Of a stretch of 64,000 bases of DNA, positions 1 to 9,958 are shown piece by piece. The notes beneath the pieces are model-generated. The model did no database searches. It was not told the DNA's origin and worked only from the letters and a program-made list of their open reading frames with translations. The number at the start of each line of letters is the position of its first letter. Position 1 is the stretch's first letter. The translations under genes and the position numbers were made by a program. Source of the DNA: Candidatus Sulfomarinibacteraceae bacterium (lineage in GTDB: Bacteria > Acidobacteriota > Thermoanaerobaculia > Thermoanaerobaculales > Sulfomarinibacteraceae). The stretch covers positions 224,001 to 288,000 of the forward strand of contig CAWCLO010000010.1 of assembly GCA_963796455.1 (NCBI GenBank), written 5' to 3'.

Positions 1-397
1 CGCGGAGTTTCTCGAACTCCGCGGGCGGGAAGGTCGGCCGCCGCAGGATTTCAAACAGGAACTCGGCCATCCGCGGCAGTTCTTCCGCCAGACCCTGGGC
101 AGAAAACGAGACGATGGTGGGCGTCGAGGATGAGGCTCGAACCATGATTTGCAGCCCGCGGTCCTCGAGTTCGCGGGCGAGCTCGAGGCGATCGTAGTTT
201 CCGGTTCCACGATCGAGCATTGCGGCGGTGATTCCCGGAATAGAAAAACGATCCTCCGGCGCAAAAGCCGGACCGGCGCGGAGGGTGCCGGCAATGGTCA
301 CGGTTGGCGCATGCGGATTTGCCAACACCGCCAGACTCGCACCGTTTGCATAACTGTGCACGCTGACGCGGTCAGCAAATGCCTTTCTACTCTTCAT
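1..397 (-). CDS. M16 family peptidase, non-catalytic partner subunit (partial, runs off window start)
   Basis: Manual translation from ATG at 397: MKSRKAFADRVSVHSYANGASLAVLANPHAPTVTIAGTLRAG...PGITAAMLDRGT...RPTFPPAEFEKLR. M16 N-terminal pattern without HxxEH; overlaps the stop of the upstream M16 gene. Confidence 0.8.
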   Translation of the reverse strand, partial: MKSRKAFADRVSVHSYANGASLAVLANPHAPTVTIAGTLRAGPAFAPEDRFSIPGITAAMLDRGTGNYDRLELARELEDRGLQIMVRASSSTPTIVSFSAQGLAEELPRMAEFLFEILRRPTFPPAEFEKLR

Positions 398-1691
398 GGT
401 TTACCACCGCATTTCCCTCGGGCACAAATCGACCGACGGTGAGGTTGTTGTCGCGCAGGTAGGTCTCGGCCACTCGCAGCAGATCGGCGGCCGAAACCGC
501 CTTGATCAGATCGAGGTCGCGGACAAAGCGGCGCCAGTCTCCCATCGCAACCGCCTCGGTGAGACCGGTCATGATCTGGCCCGGAGACTCACGGTGAAAG
601 GCGAGATCGGTACGAGTCTGCGCCAGCGCCCTGGAAACCTCCTCGTCGGTGGGCGGAGCAAGAGACAAGGCCGCGACCTGGGATCGGATGACACTTTCGA
701 CCTCGCCCGGATCGACTCCGGGCGCCACCGTTGCAAAGATCTGGAAAACTCCCGGGTCGTGAAGCTCCATCGCGAATGCGTGAACACCGAGACACATATT
801 TGTTTCCACCAGCCGTTGATGGAGCCTCGAGGTCACCCCGTCGCCGAGAATCTGGGTCAGGACCGAAAGCGGTGCCATATCGGGATGCAGACCCTCGGCG
901 ATGTGCCACGTCAACGCGAGAGAAGCGAGTTCGCCGGCGCGGTGTATTTCAAAGCGCCGTTCGCCGCGTTGTTCGCTTTCCCTGATATCGAGGACCGGGC
1001 GTTCGACTTCACCCGGTGGAATCGAACCAAAGGCCGACTCCACCTGATCGAGGGCCTCGTCTTCGTCGATATCGCCAACGATGATCACGCTGGCATTGTC
1101 GGGATGGTAGAAAGTGTCGTAGAAACCGCGGAGCGTCTGCCCGCTCATGGTCTCCACATCTCCTTTCCAGCCGATGGTCGGGTGGCGGTAGGGGTGTTCG
1201 AGATAGGCCATGGCAAAAGAGGACTTCATCAACAAGTCGAAGGGGTCATTTTCTCCCGAATCAAGCTCGTTGAGGACCACGTTGCGCTCGCTCTCGAGAT
1301 CCGAGTCGCGCACCAGGGAACCCCGCATACGATCGGATTCGATCTCCACTCCAAGCCCCAGGTGTTCGCGCGGCAGCACTTCATAATAATTCGTTCGATC
1401 GAGCCAGGTTGTGGCGTTGAAGCCCGCACCGACCCGATGCAGTTGCCGCGCGATCTCGGTGCCGAGGTCGCGGTTGAACTTTTTTGTGCCCTTGAACATC
1501 AGATGTTCGAGGATATGGGTCGCCCCGGTGTGGCCGGTCTTTTCATTTCGTGAACCGACCCGATAGACGATCCCGAAACCCACCACCGGAGCGACCGGTG
1601 TCGGCATGGTCAAAACTCGAAGACCATTGCCACGATGGCGCCATTCGCCGACTCCGGTTTCACGCTCGACCAGTTCAAACTGAGTTGCCAT
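387..1691 (-). CDS. M16 (pitrilysin/insulinase) family zinc peptidase, catalytic subunit
   Basis: YRVGSRNE..TGATHILEHLMFKGT (inverted HxxEH), NATTWLDRTNYY, HPYRHPTIGW, YHPDNA motifs. Confidence 0.93.
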   Translation of the reverse strand: MATQFELVERETGVGEWRHRGNGLRVLTMPTPVAPVVGFGIVYRVGSRNEKTGHTGATHILEHLMFKGTKKFNRDLGTEIARQLHRVGAGFNATTWLDRTNYYEVLPREHLGLGVEIESDRMRGSLVRDSDLESERNVVLNELDSGENDPFDLLMKSSFAMAYLEHPYRHPTIGWKGDVETMSGQTLRGFYDTFYHPDNASVIIVGDIDEDEALDQVESAFGSIPPGEVERPVLDIRESEQRGERRFEIHRAGELASLALTWHIAEGLHPDMAPLSVLTQILGDGVTSRLHQRLVETNMCLGVHAFAMELHDPGVFQIFATVAPGVDPGEVESVIRSQVAALSLAPPTDEEVSRALAQTRTDLAFHRESPGQIMTGLTEAVAMGDWRRFVRDLDLIKAVSAADLLRVAETYLRDNNLTVGRFVPEGNAVVNHEE

Positions 1692-1744
1692 CTCACCCCC
1701 GAAGGACAGAGTACCGCAACGCAGAGCGAGGGAGCAGAAGTTCC

Positions 1745-1842
1745 GGAAAAGGGGGCTGGTGAGAATGGGGGCTGGGCAGCCGGGAGGACCGAAGGAGGCT
1801 CTTCTCCCTTCTCTCCCTTTCTCCCTTTCTCCCTTTCTCTCA
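1745..1842. repeat. Intergenic low-complexity tract: GGGGGCTGG x2 and TCTCCCTT x4
   Basis: TCTCCCTT at 1803, 1812, 1820, 1828. Its reverse complement AAGGGAGA recurs at about 24268-24298. Confidence 0.75.
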
Positions 1843-1871
1843 GATTGTCATCGACTGAGTTGGGGTGGGGG

Positions 1872-2339
1872 TCATTCCATGGGGGTTGGTGTCGGTGCTC
1901 CCGGGCGGTAGCTCGACGCAAGCTGCAGGGTCACCCGATCCACCCGATCCACCGGGACCGGCGGTCTCTGGGCTCTGGCGATTCGCATGGTCTCACCCTG
2001 GTGCGCATCGACCCGGCCCGCGATCAGCAGTATCTGATCCACTCCGAGCGATTGGTACGCGACCTCCAATTGCACGTCCCCGTGACAGCCCTCAGGCTCG
2101 GCACAGGTCAACAGACAGGCCCAATCGATGTAATCGGGGTGGACGGTGCCGCGGATGCCGATCAGATCGACCGCGAGATCCGGAGAATCGACGGCGACCC
2201 GGTCAACCTCGAAATCCGACGGCTCCGAATTGAATTCCACCGGCGCCGGACCGCAACCGCGAAACGCCAGAACCAGCGCCACGGCGACGATGACCGCAGC
2301 GGCAAAAACCAGCCACAGAACGCGGCCGGTCAGCACCAC
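1872..2339 (-). CDS. Membrane-anchored hypothetical protein, last gene of pilus cassette 1 (paralog of 12329-12793)
   Basis: N-terminal TM segment; shares SPDxAVDL, W-C-x3-C-x4-GCH, IAGR-DA-x-GE-MRI-R-QRPP with the paralog. Confidence 0.75.
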   Translation of the reverse strand: MVLTGRVLWLVFAAAVIVAVALVLAFRGCGPAPVEFNSEPSDFEVDRVAVDSPDLAVDLIGIRGTVHPDYIDWACLLTCAEPEGCHGDVQLEVAYQSLGVDQILLIAGRVDAHQGETMRIARAQRPPVPVDRVDRVTLQLASSYRPGAPTPTPME

Positions 2340-3187
2340 TATTCGATTGGCGTCGGCCGCGCCACAACCTCGGCCCCGCTGACGCCACCGTGTTCGAGCG
2401 GCAAGTTGCTCGGGTGCGGCACGCCACCCGCCTTGGTGTAGTCGGGCTCGCGGCGCGTCTGTTCCTGCATCCAGATGACGCTGGCGCGGACATCAGGTTG
2501 TGTCTTGTTGGTCGGGATCTCGGCTGAGAAGGAGTGCGAGAAGAGCCCCTTTTCGTTGGGCTGCAGCACGCTCGCCACTGAAACCTCGCCCGTCCACGGC
2601 TCAGCGCCGGAGGTGGAGGCTTGAAGTTGTACGCGGACGTTTGTGACAGGATCGGGAAGTCGATTGATGATCTCCCCTTCCACGTTCCAGCTGCCCTCGC
2701 CGGCCGCAGAAACCCGCATATTGTTGAGGACGACGCCGCCCCCTTGCTGGAAACCGTCGGGGACCCCACCGGCTGCGGCCGAACCATCGCCCTCTTCACC
2801 TTCACCGACACCGCTGCCCCGAACATGGCGGACATCGCGGTCGGTGATGGTGAGCTTGCCGGTCTCCTCACCGCCCACATCGGCGGCGTTCTTCAGAGAT
2901 CGACCACCGGTCAGGGAGTCGCCACTCTCCGGCGCCGGTGCCTGAGGGTTGGCTGCAGCAGCATCTGCTGCCGCGGTTGCTTCTGCTGCACGAAGAGCAT
3001 CGAGGTCGACATCGGCTGAGTCATATGCAACCTGTGAGCCGTTCGGCATGGTGATCATGATGTAGGACCCGGTCAGCCGATAGCTCTCGGCGGTGATAAC
3101 CGATCCGTCGCGCATCGGCACGTCTACGGCAGCAACCACACCGGTGATCAAAAACGCTGCACACACGCACAAAATGATTTGCTTCAT
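2339..3187 (-). CDS. Secreted hypothetical protein, probable C-terminal Ig-like (FxLYD-like) domain (paralog of 12796-13614)
   Basis: Signal peptide; RDG..A.S.R.TGSY, ITDRxVRHVRGSGV, GEIxN, LxPxEKxxF and PDVRA shared with the paralog. Confidence 0.75.
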   Translation of the reverse strand: MKQIILCVCAAFLITGVVAAVDVPMRDGSVITAESYRLTGSYIMITMPNGSQVAYDSADVDLDALRAAEATAAADAAAANPQAPAPESGDSLTGGRSLKNAADVGGEETGKLTITDRDVRHVRGSGVGEGEEGDGSAAAGGVPDGFQQGGGVVLNNMRVSAAGEGSWNVEGEIINRLPDPVTNVRVQLQASTSGAEPWTGEVSVASVLQPNEKGLFSHSFSAEIPTNKTQPDVRASVIWMQEQTRREPDYTKAGGVPHPSNLPLEHGGVSGAEVVARPTPIE

Positions 3188-3190
3188 TCC

Positions 3191-6100
3191 TCAGTCCTGT
3201 CGCCAGTTGGTGACGATATGCCCCGCCACATTCGGGAACTCCTCGGTTTCTCCGGGAGTGACGTGGCTGTCGGTGAATGACACATAGGTCGTTCCATCGA
3301 TATTGTATTCCTCACTCCCAGTATAGAAGTCATTGCTCTCGGTGTAATCACCGAGACCACACTGGAACCACAGTTTATAGGTTCGGCCGAGCCCGGATGC
3401 CTTACAGATTAGCGGATCGCCGGAACCGCCGGGGTCCGGGGTCGGGGTGGGGCTGGGACCGGATCCTCCACACTGGTCGGGCACATTGTGGCTCGCCGTT
3501 GCTCCTTCGGTCGGATCAAAGGTGGGGAAGAGGACGTATCCATTGACGACATTGGCGCGGTACATCACCTTTTCGTTGGGTCGCAGGCTGAGATACCAAC
3601 CGTAAAACCCGTCGTTGGGTCGGAGGGCGCTGTCGGTGCAATCGTAGGACCCATCGAGTTGGTCGTAACTCTCTCCCACGAGATCACCTGCATCACGCAG
3701 GACGTCATCGCCGACGTCGAGCAGGAAGAAGAAATGATCCACGTTGCCGACTTCGGTATCGAGATCGGCGCGGTCACCGGAGCCGAGGGCCAGGCCCCAG
3801 GTGTAGTCGGAACCATCAAAGATCGCCGGGACCGTGATGGGACGGAAAAAGAACTCCTGACGATGGGGGAAATCGAGTTTGAAATCAAAAATTGGGGTCA
3901 GCGTACCGGCGTCACCACCGGTGGCCAGCGGATCTTTGGGCCCCGGGAAACTGAGCCGGTGGACTCCACCATTCGAATCTGCAAAGTAGATTCGATCGTG
4001 GAAACCATCGATGTCGGAATCCAGCGCTGTCGGGCCCGCCGGAACCGCGTAACCGATGTTGGCGGTATAGACGACGGCACCGGTTTCGATATCGACGCCG
4101 TAGATGTGCCGCCCCGTAAGATCGTTCTGTGTCTCGTCGTAACCACCGCCAAAGAAGGCGATGAAGACGTCGTCGGGTTCTTCGGGCGTCGCCCCGTTGT
4201 ACACGGCGATCCGTGCGATGGCAGGTCGGGACCAGGTCCACCCGAGATCCCAGAACTGCGGGCAATCGGCCACAGGGGTACCGATCGGACACTGGGAATC
4301 CCGGTCCGTTTCGTCTTTGAATTCCCAGAGAACCTTCGGATATTCGCTGTCACAACCGGCAGTGCTGCCGTTCAGACAACCGGGGAAAACGGGCGAACCG
4401 GAAGAGATCGACGGAATGTAGGCCGGCGCCGAGCCCAGGGGATCGGGCTGAGTCACATCCAAAGCGGTCATCCCGCGACCGCCCCGACGCATGGTCGCGA
4501 TGGCGATGGTCCGCCACTCACGATCGCCGTCACCATCGTGGTCGATGTAGACATCACTTGATTCGATGAACCCATCCACCATGTATCTCGGTTCCTCTTG
4601 ATAGGTCAGGGCCTTGAGCCGGTACATGACCGCGTCGGGAACAAATGCAAAGAGTTCACTGCCATCGCCGAGATCGTGTGCGAGGTCGTAGGTTTCGTCC
4701 GAGGTCACCCGGTCGCGATCCCAGATGCCGGCATCAAAGGCGTGCAGCATCCCGTCATTGGCTCCGGCAAAGACCACTCTGCGACGCTTGGCGTGCTTGT
4801 CCATGAACAATGGGTAGTCATGGGCCCCGACCTCGGTCGAGCCGCCGTAACCATAGTCAAAGAAGAACATCGAACGATTGGGCGGATTCACCACCACCGG
4901 TTGTGAGTGGTAGATGTCGCCCAGAACCGATGTGCCGACCGGGCGCGGATTGGGCCGCGGGTTCGGCGTCACGGCCGTATCATCGTCCATCCAGATATCG
5001 CGGACAAAATTCACAACCTCCTGGACCTCGAGGCTGCCCTCGGTCCCGGTGAATTTCAACCGCGCCAACAGATCGGTCTGCAGATCCGTACTGGTTGCGA
5101 CATCGGCAAGATTGTAGCGTTCGAGATCGCCGGAGTAATCGCTGGCCATGAAAACGTAGCGCTTGGGATTGCCTTCGGTATGGGCCGCAATCTGTGCCTC
5201 GAGGCGCTGGTTGGAGTTCCAGGCGTTGCCGCTCACCTGCTCGATGATGATCTGACTGACATCGATCTCGCAGTCGGGTGTGCTCGGCAGAGTCGGCTGG
5301 CTGGCGTCGAACTTGAAGCCATAGAGGTTGCCTCGCCACAGCGAGTTGCTTGGCTGCGGTTGGAAGAAGGGATAAACCGAAAGAAAGTGCTGTTGTTCGG
5401 CCGGAGCGCCTTCCTGCGGTGGCGGCGGCGATACCTTGAACGGGATGAAAGACCGGTTGTCCGTCTGCAGCGAGTTGATGACTTCGTGCAGGGCAGTCGC
5501 GAGTTCGGAGGCGTTCCGCGCCCCAAAATACTGCCCGCCCGTGGTATCCGAGATACAGGTCAACTGCGGCGGCGCATCGGCCACCGTCTCCGAGAAACCG
5601 ATGGTAAAGACCTGCATCGGCTCGATACCATTTTCCGGAGCCGCGAACTTCGACGCCGACTGTCCTGGATCGCACGAGAACTCACCAGGCCCGGCGCAAC
5701 TTTCCGCACCGTCGGTGATCAATACGACGTACCACTTCCGACAGTCGACAAGGGGATCGTCGGCCCAGTCTCCGTTGGTCACCTGCTCGATATACCAATC
5801 GTATGCGTCGAGCAAGGAGTTGTTGATGGGCGTCGCGCCGTCGGCGACCATCGGAACCGGATTATAGGTCGGGGACGCGGGGTCGTTGTCGAAGTCGTCC
5901 TGCCACGAGAAACCGCCGGCTCCGTCGCTGAGATAGTCGACCGCCGAGGACATGGGCTCGAGGAAGGAGCGGATCGAGGCAAAGTCCGTGCCGTCGCCCG
6001 GCACCGGCAGATCCGTCAGCAGATTCCAGCCGTTGCAGTAATTGGTTGTCGTCGTGTTGTTGGGTGACGTGACCGCGGGCGGCGAGGTGTTGACATCGAT

Positions 6101-7189
6101 CTTGCGCCCCGCCACCTGGCGACCGGCCGAGTAGTCCACCAACCCGCCTTCGTAGAGAAGTTTGAAGGGTATTTCCTCAGAATCCACTTCCGTCCAGGCG
6201 CTCCACGGGTCGCAGACCAGACCGCAAGTGTCTCCCCAGGCTCCGACTCTGAAGTTGTCGAAGAGGGTCGTATTTTGACCGGCCCCGGAAGTGCTGTAGC
6301 GCCCACCCTGATAAAAGCCGGCGGCGCCCGGGGTCAGAGGGGCCGCTGATTCCGTCCACTCCATGAGAGTGCACCAGCATCTCTCGGGATCGGTGCCTCC
6401 CTGGCTCGAACAACAACCAAAGAACTGCAGATCGATGCCCTGGTGTTGCAGACGTTGGATCTGCACCCGCAGGTTGCTGCAATACCACTCGAGACGCAGA
6501 CGGTAGGCGTGATACGGGATGAGATACTGGGTATAGGGGTCACTGGTCGGAAGACTGATGCTGCCGCTGCCGAGGACCGACCACGAACCTTCAGCAACAA
6601 AACGGAGCAGGACCCAGGACGCCCGGTATCCTGCAGCGGCTTGGACTGCGGTGGGGAAGTTTCTGACACCAAAGAGATAACCTTGGTCGGGATTGTTGTC
6701 GCCATCGGGGTCCTGCATGCCCCACACCAAGCCGGGTTTTCCGCCTTGGGAGATTCCGATATCGAGCTCCATTCGGATGTTCGTCCAATCGGCCGGAACA
6801 TAACCGGGATTCGTGGGCTGTGACTGCTTCGCGATGAGATATCCCCACCAGCCGCTCCTGACCAGGGTTTCCTCGATGCAACGGGAACCCCAGACTCCAC
6901 CGCCAACCTCGGGGGGAATGAGGGGGAGGGTCGTGCGGTACGTGAAGTCCATCGAACCACCGTTGACCAGCCACTCATCCCAGATCGCCCCGGTCCCATC
7001 GAGAGGATCGTCCGGTGGCCGCGGCGAGGTTGTGGTCTCGAAGTCGTCATAAAAAACCAGCGCCGGCGCCGCGGCGGGGAAGACCCCACCCCAGGCGACA
7101 GGAGCGCTTGCCATCACGAGCAGAACACCGCACAACAGTGCGCGGGCTCCGGATGGGAGCGTTGTTTCGGATCGCAGTTGACTATTCAT
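3191..7189 (-). CDS. PilY1-like adhesin, C-terminal part (B1): signal peptide, lectin-like domain, C-half of vWA, PilY1 beta-propeller
   Basis: LGDIYHSQPVVV, FAGANDGMLHAFD, ELFAFVP, YMVDG, LGWTWSRPAI, Ca-loop DSDIDGFHD, GWYLSL, terminal NWRQ. vWA C-half GATPI..LITDG..VFTIGF. Own RBS GGAGG. Confidence 0.88.
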   Translation of the reverse strand: MNSQLRSETTLPSGARALLCGVLLVMASAPVAWGGVFPAAAPALVFYDDFETTTSPRPPDDPLDGTGAIWDEWLVNGGSMDFTYRTTLPLIPPEVGGGVWGSRCIEETLVRSGWWGYLIAKQSQPTNPGYVPADWTNIRMELDIGISQGGKPGLVWGMQDPDGDNNPDQGYLFGVRNFPTAVQAAAGYRASWVLLRFVAEGSWSVLGSGSISLPTSDPYTQYLIPYHAYRLRLEWYCSNLRVQIQRLQHQGIDLQFFGCCSSQGGTDPERCWCTLMEWTESAAPLTPGAAGFYQGGRYSTSGAGQNTTLFDNFRVGAWGDTCGLVCDPWSAWTEVDSEEIPFKLLYEGGLVDYSAGRQVAGRKIDVNTSPPAVTSPNNTTTTNYCNGWNLLTDLPVPGDGTDFASIRSFLEPMSSAVDYLSDGAGGFSWQDDFDNDPASPTYNPVPMVADGATPINNSLLDAYDWYIEQVTNGDWADDPLVDCRKWYVVLITDGAESCAGPGEFSCDPGQSASKFAAPENGIEPMQVFTIGFSETVADAPPQLTCISDTTGGQYFGARNASELATALHEVINSLQTDNRSFIPFKVSPPPPQEGAPAEQQHFLSVYPFFQPQPSNSLWRGNLYGFKFDASQPTLPSTPDCEIDVSQIIIEQVSGNAWNSNQRLEAQIAAHTEGNPKRYVFMASDYSGDLERYNLADVATSTDLQTDLLARLKFTGTEGSLEVQEVVNFVRDIWMDDDTAVTPNPRPNPRPVGTSVLGDIYHSQPVVVNPPNRSMFFFDYGYGGSTEVGAHDYPLFMDKHAKRRRVVFAGANDGMLHAFDAGIWDRDRVTSDETYDLAHDLGDGSELFAFVPDAVMYRLKALTYQEEPRYMVDGFIESSDVYIDHDGDGDREWRTIAIATMRRGGRGMTALDVTQPDPLGSAPAYIPSISSGSPVFPGCLNGSTAGCDSEYPKVLWEFKDETDRDSQCPIGTPVADCPQFWDLGWTWSRPAIARIAVYNGATPEEPDDVFIAFFGGGYDETQNDLTGRHIYGVDIETGAVVYTANIGYAVPAGPTALDSDIDGFHDRIYFADSNGGVHRLSFPGPKDPLATGGDAGTLTPIFDFKLDFPHRQEFFFRPITVPAIFDGSDYTWGLALGSGDRADLDTEVGNVDHFFFLLDVGDDVLRDAGDLVGESYDQLDGSYDCTDSALRPNDGFYGWYLSLRPNEKVMYRANVVNGYVLFPTFDPTEGATASHNVPDQCGGSGPSPTPTPDPGGSGDPLICKASGLGRTYKLWFQCGLGDYTESNDFYTGSEEYNIDGTTYVSFTDSHVTPGETEEFPNVAGHIVTNWRQD

Positions 7190-7207
7190 GGCTGCCTCCT
7201 GCCCCCA

Positions 7208-9397
7208 TCACTCGATCTCGGTCGGTGTCGGCGGCGGCACGGTCGGTGTCCGCGTCGGCGTCGGCGGCGGTGTGTTGGTCCGGGTCGCAGTGGCTGCGAC
7301 GGTCGGCGTCAGCGTCCGGGTCGGTGTCGACACGGCTGTGGTCGGCGTCAGCGTCCGGGTTGGCGTCGCCACGGCTGTGGTCGGCGTCAGTGTCCGGGTC
7401 GGGGTCGACACGGCCGTGGTCGGCGTCAATGTCCGGGTCGGTGTCGACGCCGCTGTGGTCGGGGTCTGAGTCCGGGTCGAGGTGCCCCACGGAGTCGGTG
7501 TCAGCGTCCGCGTCGGGGTCGACCAAGGCGTCAGCGTCTGCGTCGGGGTCCGCGTCGAGGTGCCCCACGGAGTCGGCGTCAGCGTCCGGGTCGGGGTCGA
7601 CCACGGCGTCAAGGTCATTGTCGGGGTCCGCGTCCGCGTCGCCGTGCCAAACACCGTCGGGGTCCTGGTCGGCGTCGGTGTGATCCACCACGGAGTCTGG
7701 GTCGGGCTCGGCGTAATGGAAGCCGAGGTGGGTGTTCGCGTCCGGGTCGGGGTCGCAGACAAGCTGCCGTAGTCGTCACAGATGTCGTTGCAGCTGACAC
7801 CCATGGTCAGCACGTCGAAGTCGAGGCAGAGCTCGTGATAGGCCGTGTGTGTGAAGTTGTTGTCGATGTCCGCATACCAGTTCCGGCTCGAGGTCGCCGG
7901 AATGCGGGCCAGTGACGGCACGGTCGTCGTCTGGATGCTCGGGGTGTTGTAGTCGGTTGAGGGCGATCCATCACCCCAGTAGTGGGTGTTGGTGGAGTGC
8001 GAGTAACCACCCGAGAAAACGCCGAACCAGTCCAAACGGTAACTCGGCGAGAGCGGCTGCCAATCGACCACCGTGCGGGTGATCTCGATCTGGAACGAGG
8101 TCTGGTTGTTGATGACCGCGCGCAGGATCCCGCTCTGGGGTGAGGCCATGGTGACGGTGATATCGCTGCAGTCGATCATCGGTGTCGGCGTCGGAGTGAT
8201 CGTCCGGGTCGGCGTCTGGGTACTGGTGGCGGTTCCAGTCGGAGTGAAGGTCGGCACAACCGGAACCGAGCAGGTTCGGCTCTGCTGCTCCTCCACCGCT
8301 TCGATATAGAGCATCCAGTCGTTGGACTCGTCGCCGTCGAAATCCGGGTCATCGGTTGAAGCATCCAGGTCATAATTGTCGACGCCCGGATCGGCCACCA
8401 GTTCGTTACCGACCAGAGAGCCTGCACCGTTGACAGCAAGTGGGTGGTTTGCGTTACCCGAAGTATTGACCGCCGGAATCCGGAGCTGCACCCGCCGTCG
8501 ATACTGGGTGACATCGCTTCCGGAAACTGTTTCCCACTCCGCACTGCACCCGTCATCCGGGTTGCTCGCGTCGGGAGCCCTGTTGGGCACACAATCCGGG
8601 AAACCGTTGGTGGTCGGATCGCCGTAGTACCACTCGTCAGGGATCATCTTCCCGAGACCATCGCGCTCGCCGGAGGCGTAAAATGGAAAGACGTTGTCTT
8701 TGCAGATGGTCTCGTCGTCACTCGGGTCGTCGGTTTCTTTGCTGTCGACAAAACAGTTGCCGAAGTAAACCGGCATCAAATCATAGGGGAGGCGCGTCGT
8801 GGAGTCGCCCGGGACGTCCTCGAGCCCGGTGTCCCAACCGGTGACCGGGCCAAAACGATCAGTGACCACCGAAGCGTCGGGGTCGAAGTACGGGCTGTAC
8901 CCGATAAGCTCGTTTTTCAATATGTCAGCTGGATTGTCGACCAGGGCACCGGCAAAGGTCTCGTTGTAGCCGATGCGATAGGCATAGTTGGCCTCGATGA
9001 GGCTGAATCGATCGGCCGCGCGGGACTCATATATCCAATGCTTCTGGGGGATCGGGTTGGATCCATCGGTGGGTTGGGCTTGAGCGTAGCCCGCGAGCGC
9101 ATAGTTGGCGTCAGAAACTTCTTCGAGGAAATCGGCGAGCACCGTCTTGGCGATACCCATCCGCGAGTAGGGATCGTCGCCACCACCCGGCACCATTCCG
9201 TAACCCACACGGGCGCCCTCGACCTTGCCCGGCGCTTCCGGGCTACCCACCATCGACTTGGAAGTGTCGAGGATGAATATCAGATTGGGTGGAGCGGCCG
9301 TCTCGCGAAGGAAATCCCGATCTTCGGCGTCGAGAGCTCCGGCCAGACCGACCGCCAGGGCCAGTGCGAGCCACGTTGTCCATCGTCTCTGTCTCAT
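7208..9397 (-). CDS. PilY1 N-terminal-like secreted protein (A1): vWA N-half with DxSxS, variable domain, Thr/Pro-rich tail
   Basis: Signal peptide MRQRRW...LDA, then [14 protein letters not shown] and [21 protein letters not shown]; about 180 aa Thr/Pro repeat C-terminus. Start chosen at the ATG after GAGGGGG. Confidence 0.8.
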   Translation of the reverse strand: MRQRRWTTWLALALAVGLAGALDAEDRDFLRETAAPPNLIFILDTSKSMVGSPEAPGKVEGARVGYGMVPGGGDDPYSRMGIAKTVLADFLEEVSDANYALAGYAQAQPTDGSNPIPQKHWIYESRAADRFSLIEANYAYRIGYNETFAGALVDNPADILKNELIGYSPYFDPDASVVTDRFGPVTGWDTGLEDVPGDSTTRLPYDLMPVYFGNCFVDSKETDDPSDDETICKDNVFPFYASGERDGLGKMIPDEWYYGDPTTNGFPDCVPNRAPDASNPDDGCSAEWETVSGSDVTQYRRRVQLRIPAVNTSGNANHPLAVNGAGSLVGNELVADPGVDNYDLDASTDDPDFDGDESNDWMLYIEAVEEQQSRTCSVPVVPTFTPTGTATSTQTPTRTITPTPTPMIDCSDITVTMASPQSGILRAVINNQTSFQIEITRTVVDWQPLSPSYRLDWFGVFSGGYSHSTNTHYWGDGSPSTDYNTPSIQTTTVPSLARIPATSSRNWYADIDNNFTHTAYHELCLDFDVLTMGVSCNDICDDYGSLSATPTRTRTPTSASITPSPTQTPWWITPTPTRTPTVFGTATRTRTPTMTLTPWSTPTRTLTPTPWGTSTRTPTQTLTPWSTPTRTLTPTPWGTSTRTQTPTTAASTPTRTLTPTTAVSTPTRTLTPTTAVATPTRTLTPTTAVSTPTRTLTPTVAATATRTNTPPPTPTRTPTVPPPTPTEIE
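7215..7760 (-). repeat. Coding tandem repeats ([13 protein letters not shown] 13-mers; [16 protein letters not shown] units)
   Basis: Roughly 39-nt units at 7300-7460 and a near-duplicated block of about 78 nt at 7475-7610. Confidence 0.85.
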
Positions 9398-9417
9398 GAC
9401 AGCCCCCTCGGCGCGCA

Positions 9418-9948
9418 TCAGTAACACAGCTGAACCGGCGTGAATTGCTCCTCCAGGAATGGGAAGGAGGTCACGTCCACCTCGACCGTCGCACGGCTCA
9501 CGCCCGCGAGGCCGCCGATGGTCCTCTGGGCGTCACTGCGCATGTGAAAGTGACGTGTTTGGTACTCGGGAAACGAGGACGGAACCCCGCCTGCAAAAAC
9601 CGGCGTCACCGGTTGGGTTTCGCAGAAATCGCTGACTGTGACCGTGAACTGGCCTTTGAGAAGTCCCTGAATATTTGGATCGTCTTCGAGAATGAATGTG
9701 CCGGGAGCACCAACGGCGCCGAGTTGGATCATCTCGATCTGCATCATCGCCCCCGCGTCGGCTGCGTACATCGCCTTGGCCACCCATCGATCCGTGCCCG
9801 AAGCCTGCAGACCAAGAGAGGTCTGCAACAGGAGCCCCATCCCGAGAAAGACCAGCACCAGGGACACCAGGAGGGCCATGATCAGAGCTGCACCTTTCTC
9901 GCCGGAATCGGCTCGAGCCGGGCACTCAGGAGTCACTCGGTGCTTCAT
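9418..9948 (-). CDS. PilX-like minor pilin (cassette 1)
   Basis: [19 protein letters not shown] prepilin leader lacking Glu5, plus AMYAADAG, both typical of PilX. Start re-called at MKHRV. Confidence 0.85.
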   Translation of the reverse strand: MKHRVTPECPARADSGEKGAALIMALLVSLVLVFLGMGLLLQTSLGLQASGTDRWVAKAMYAADAGAMMQIEMIQLGAVGAPGTFILEDDPNIQGLLKGQFTVTVSDFCETQPVTPVFAGGVPSSFPEYQTRHFHMRSDAQRTIGGLAGVSRATVEVDVTSFPFLEEQFTPVQLCY

Positions 9949-9958
9949 CGCGCCTCCA

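Noticed and set aside
7190..7207. A/B split as a sequencing artefact or split intein
   Set aside because: Clean stop, RBS and new signal peptide, the same split point in both cassettes, and no intein terminal motifs seen.
7182..7691. Asp-rich ORF (DADADPD) and VGV-rich antisense ORFs
   Set aside because: These are alternative-frame shadows of the Thr/Pro repeat of A1.
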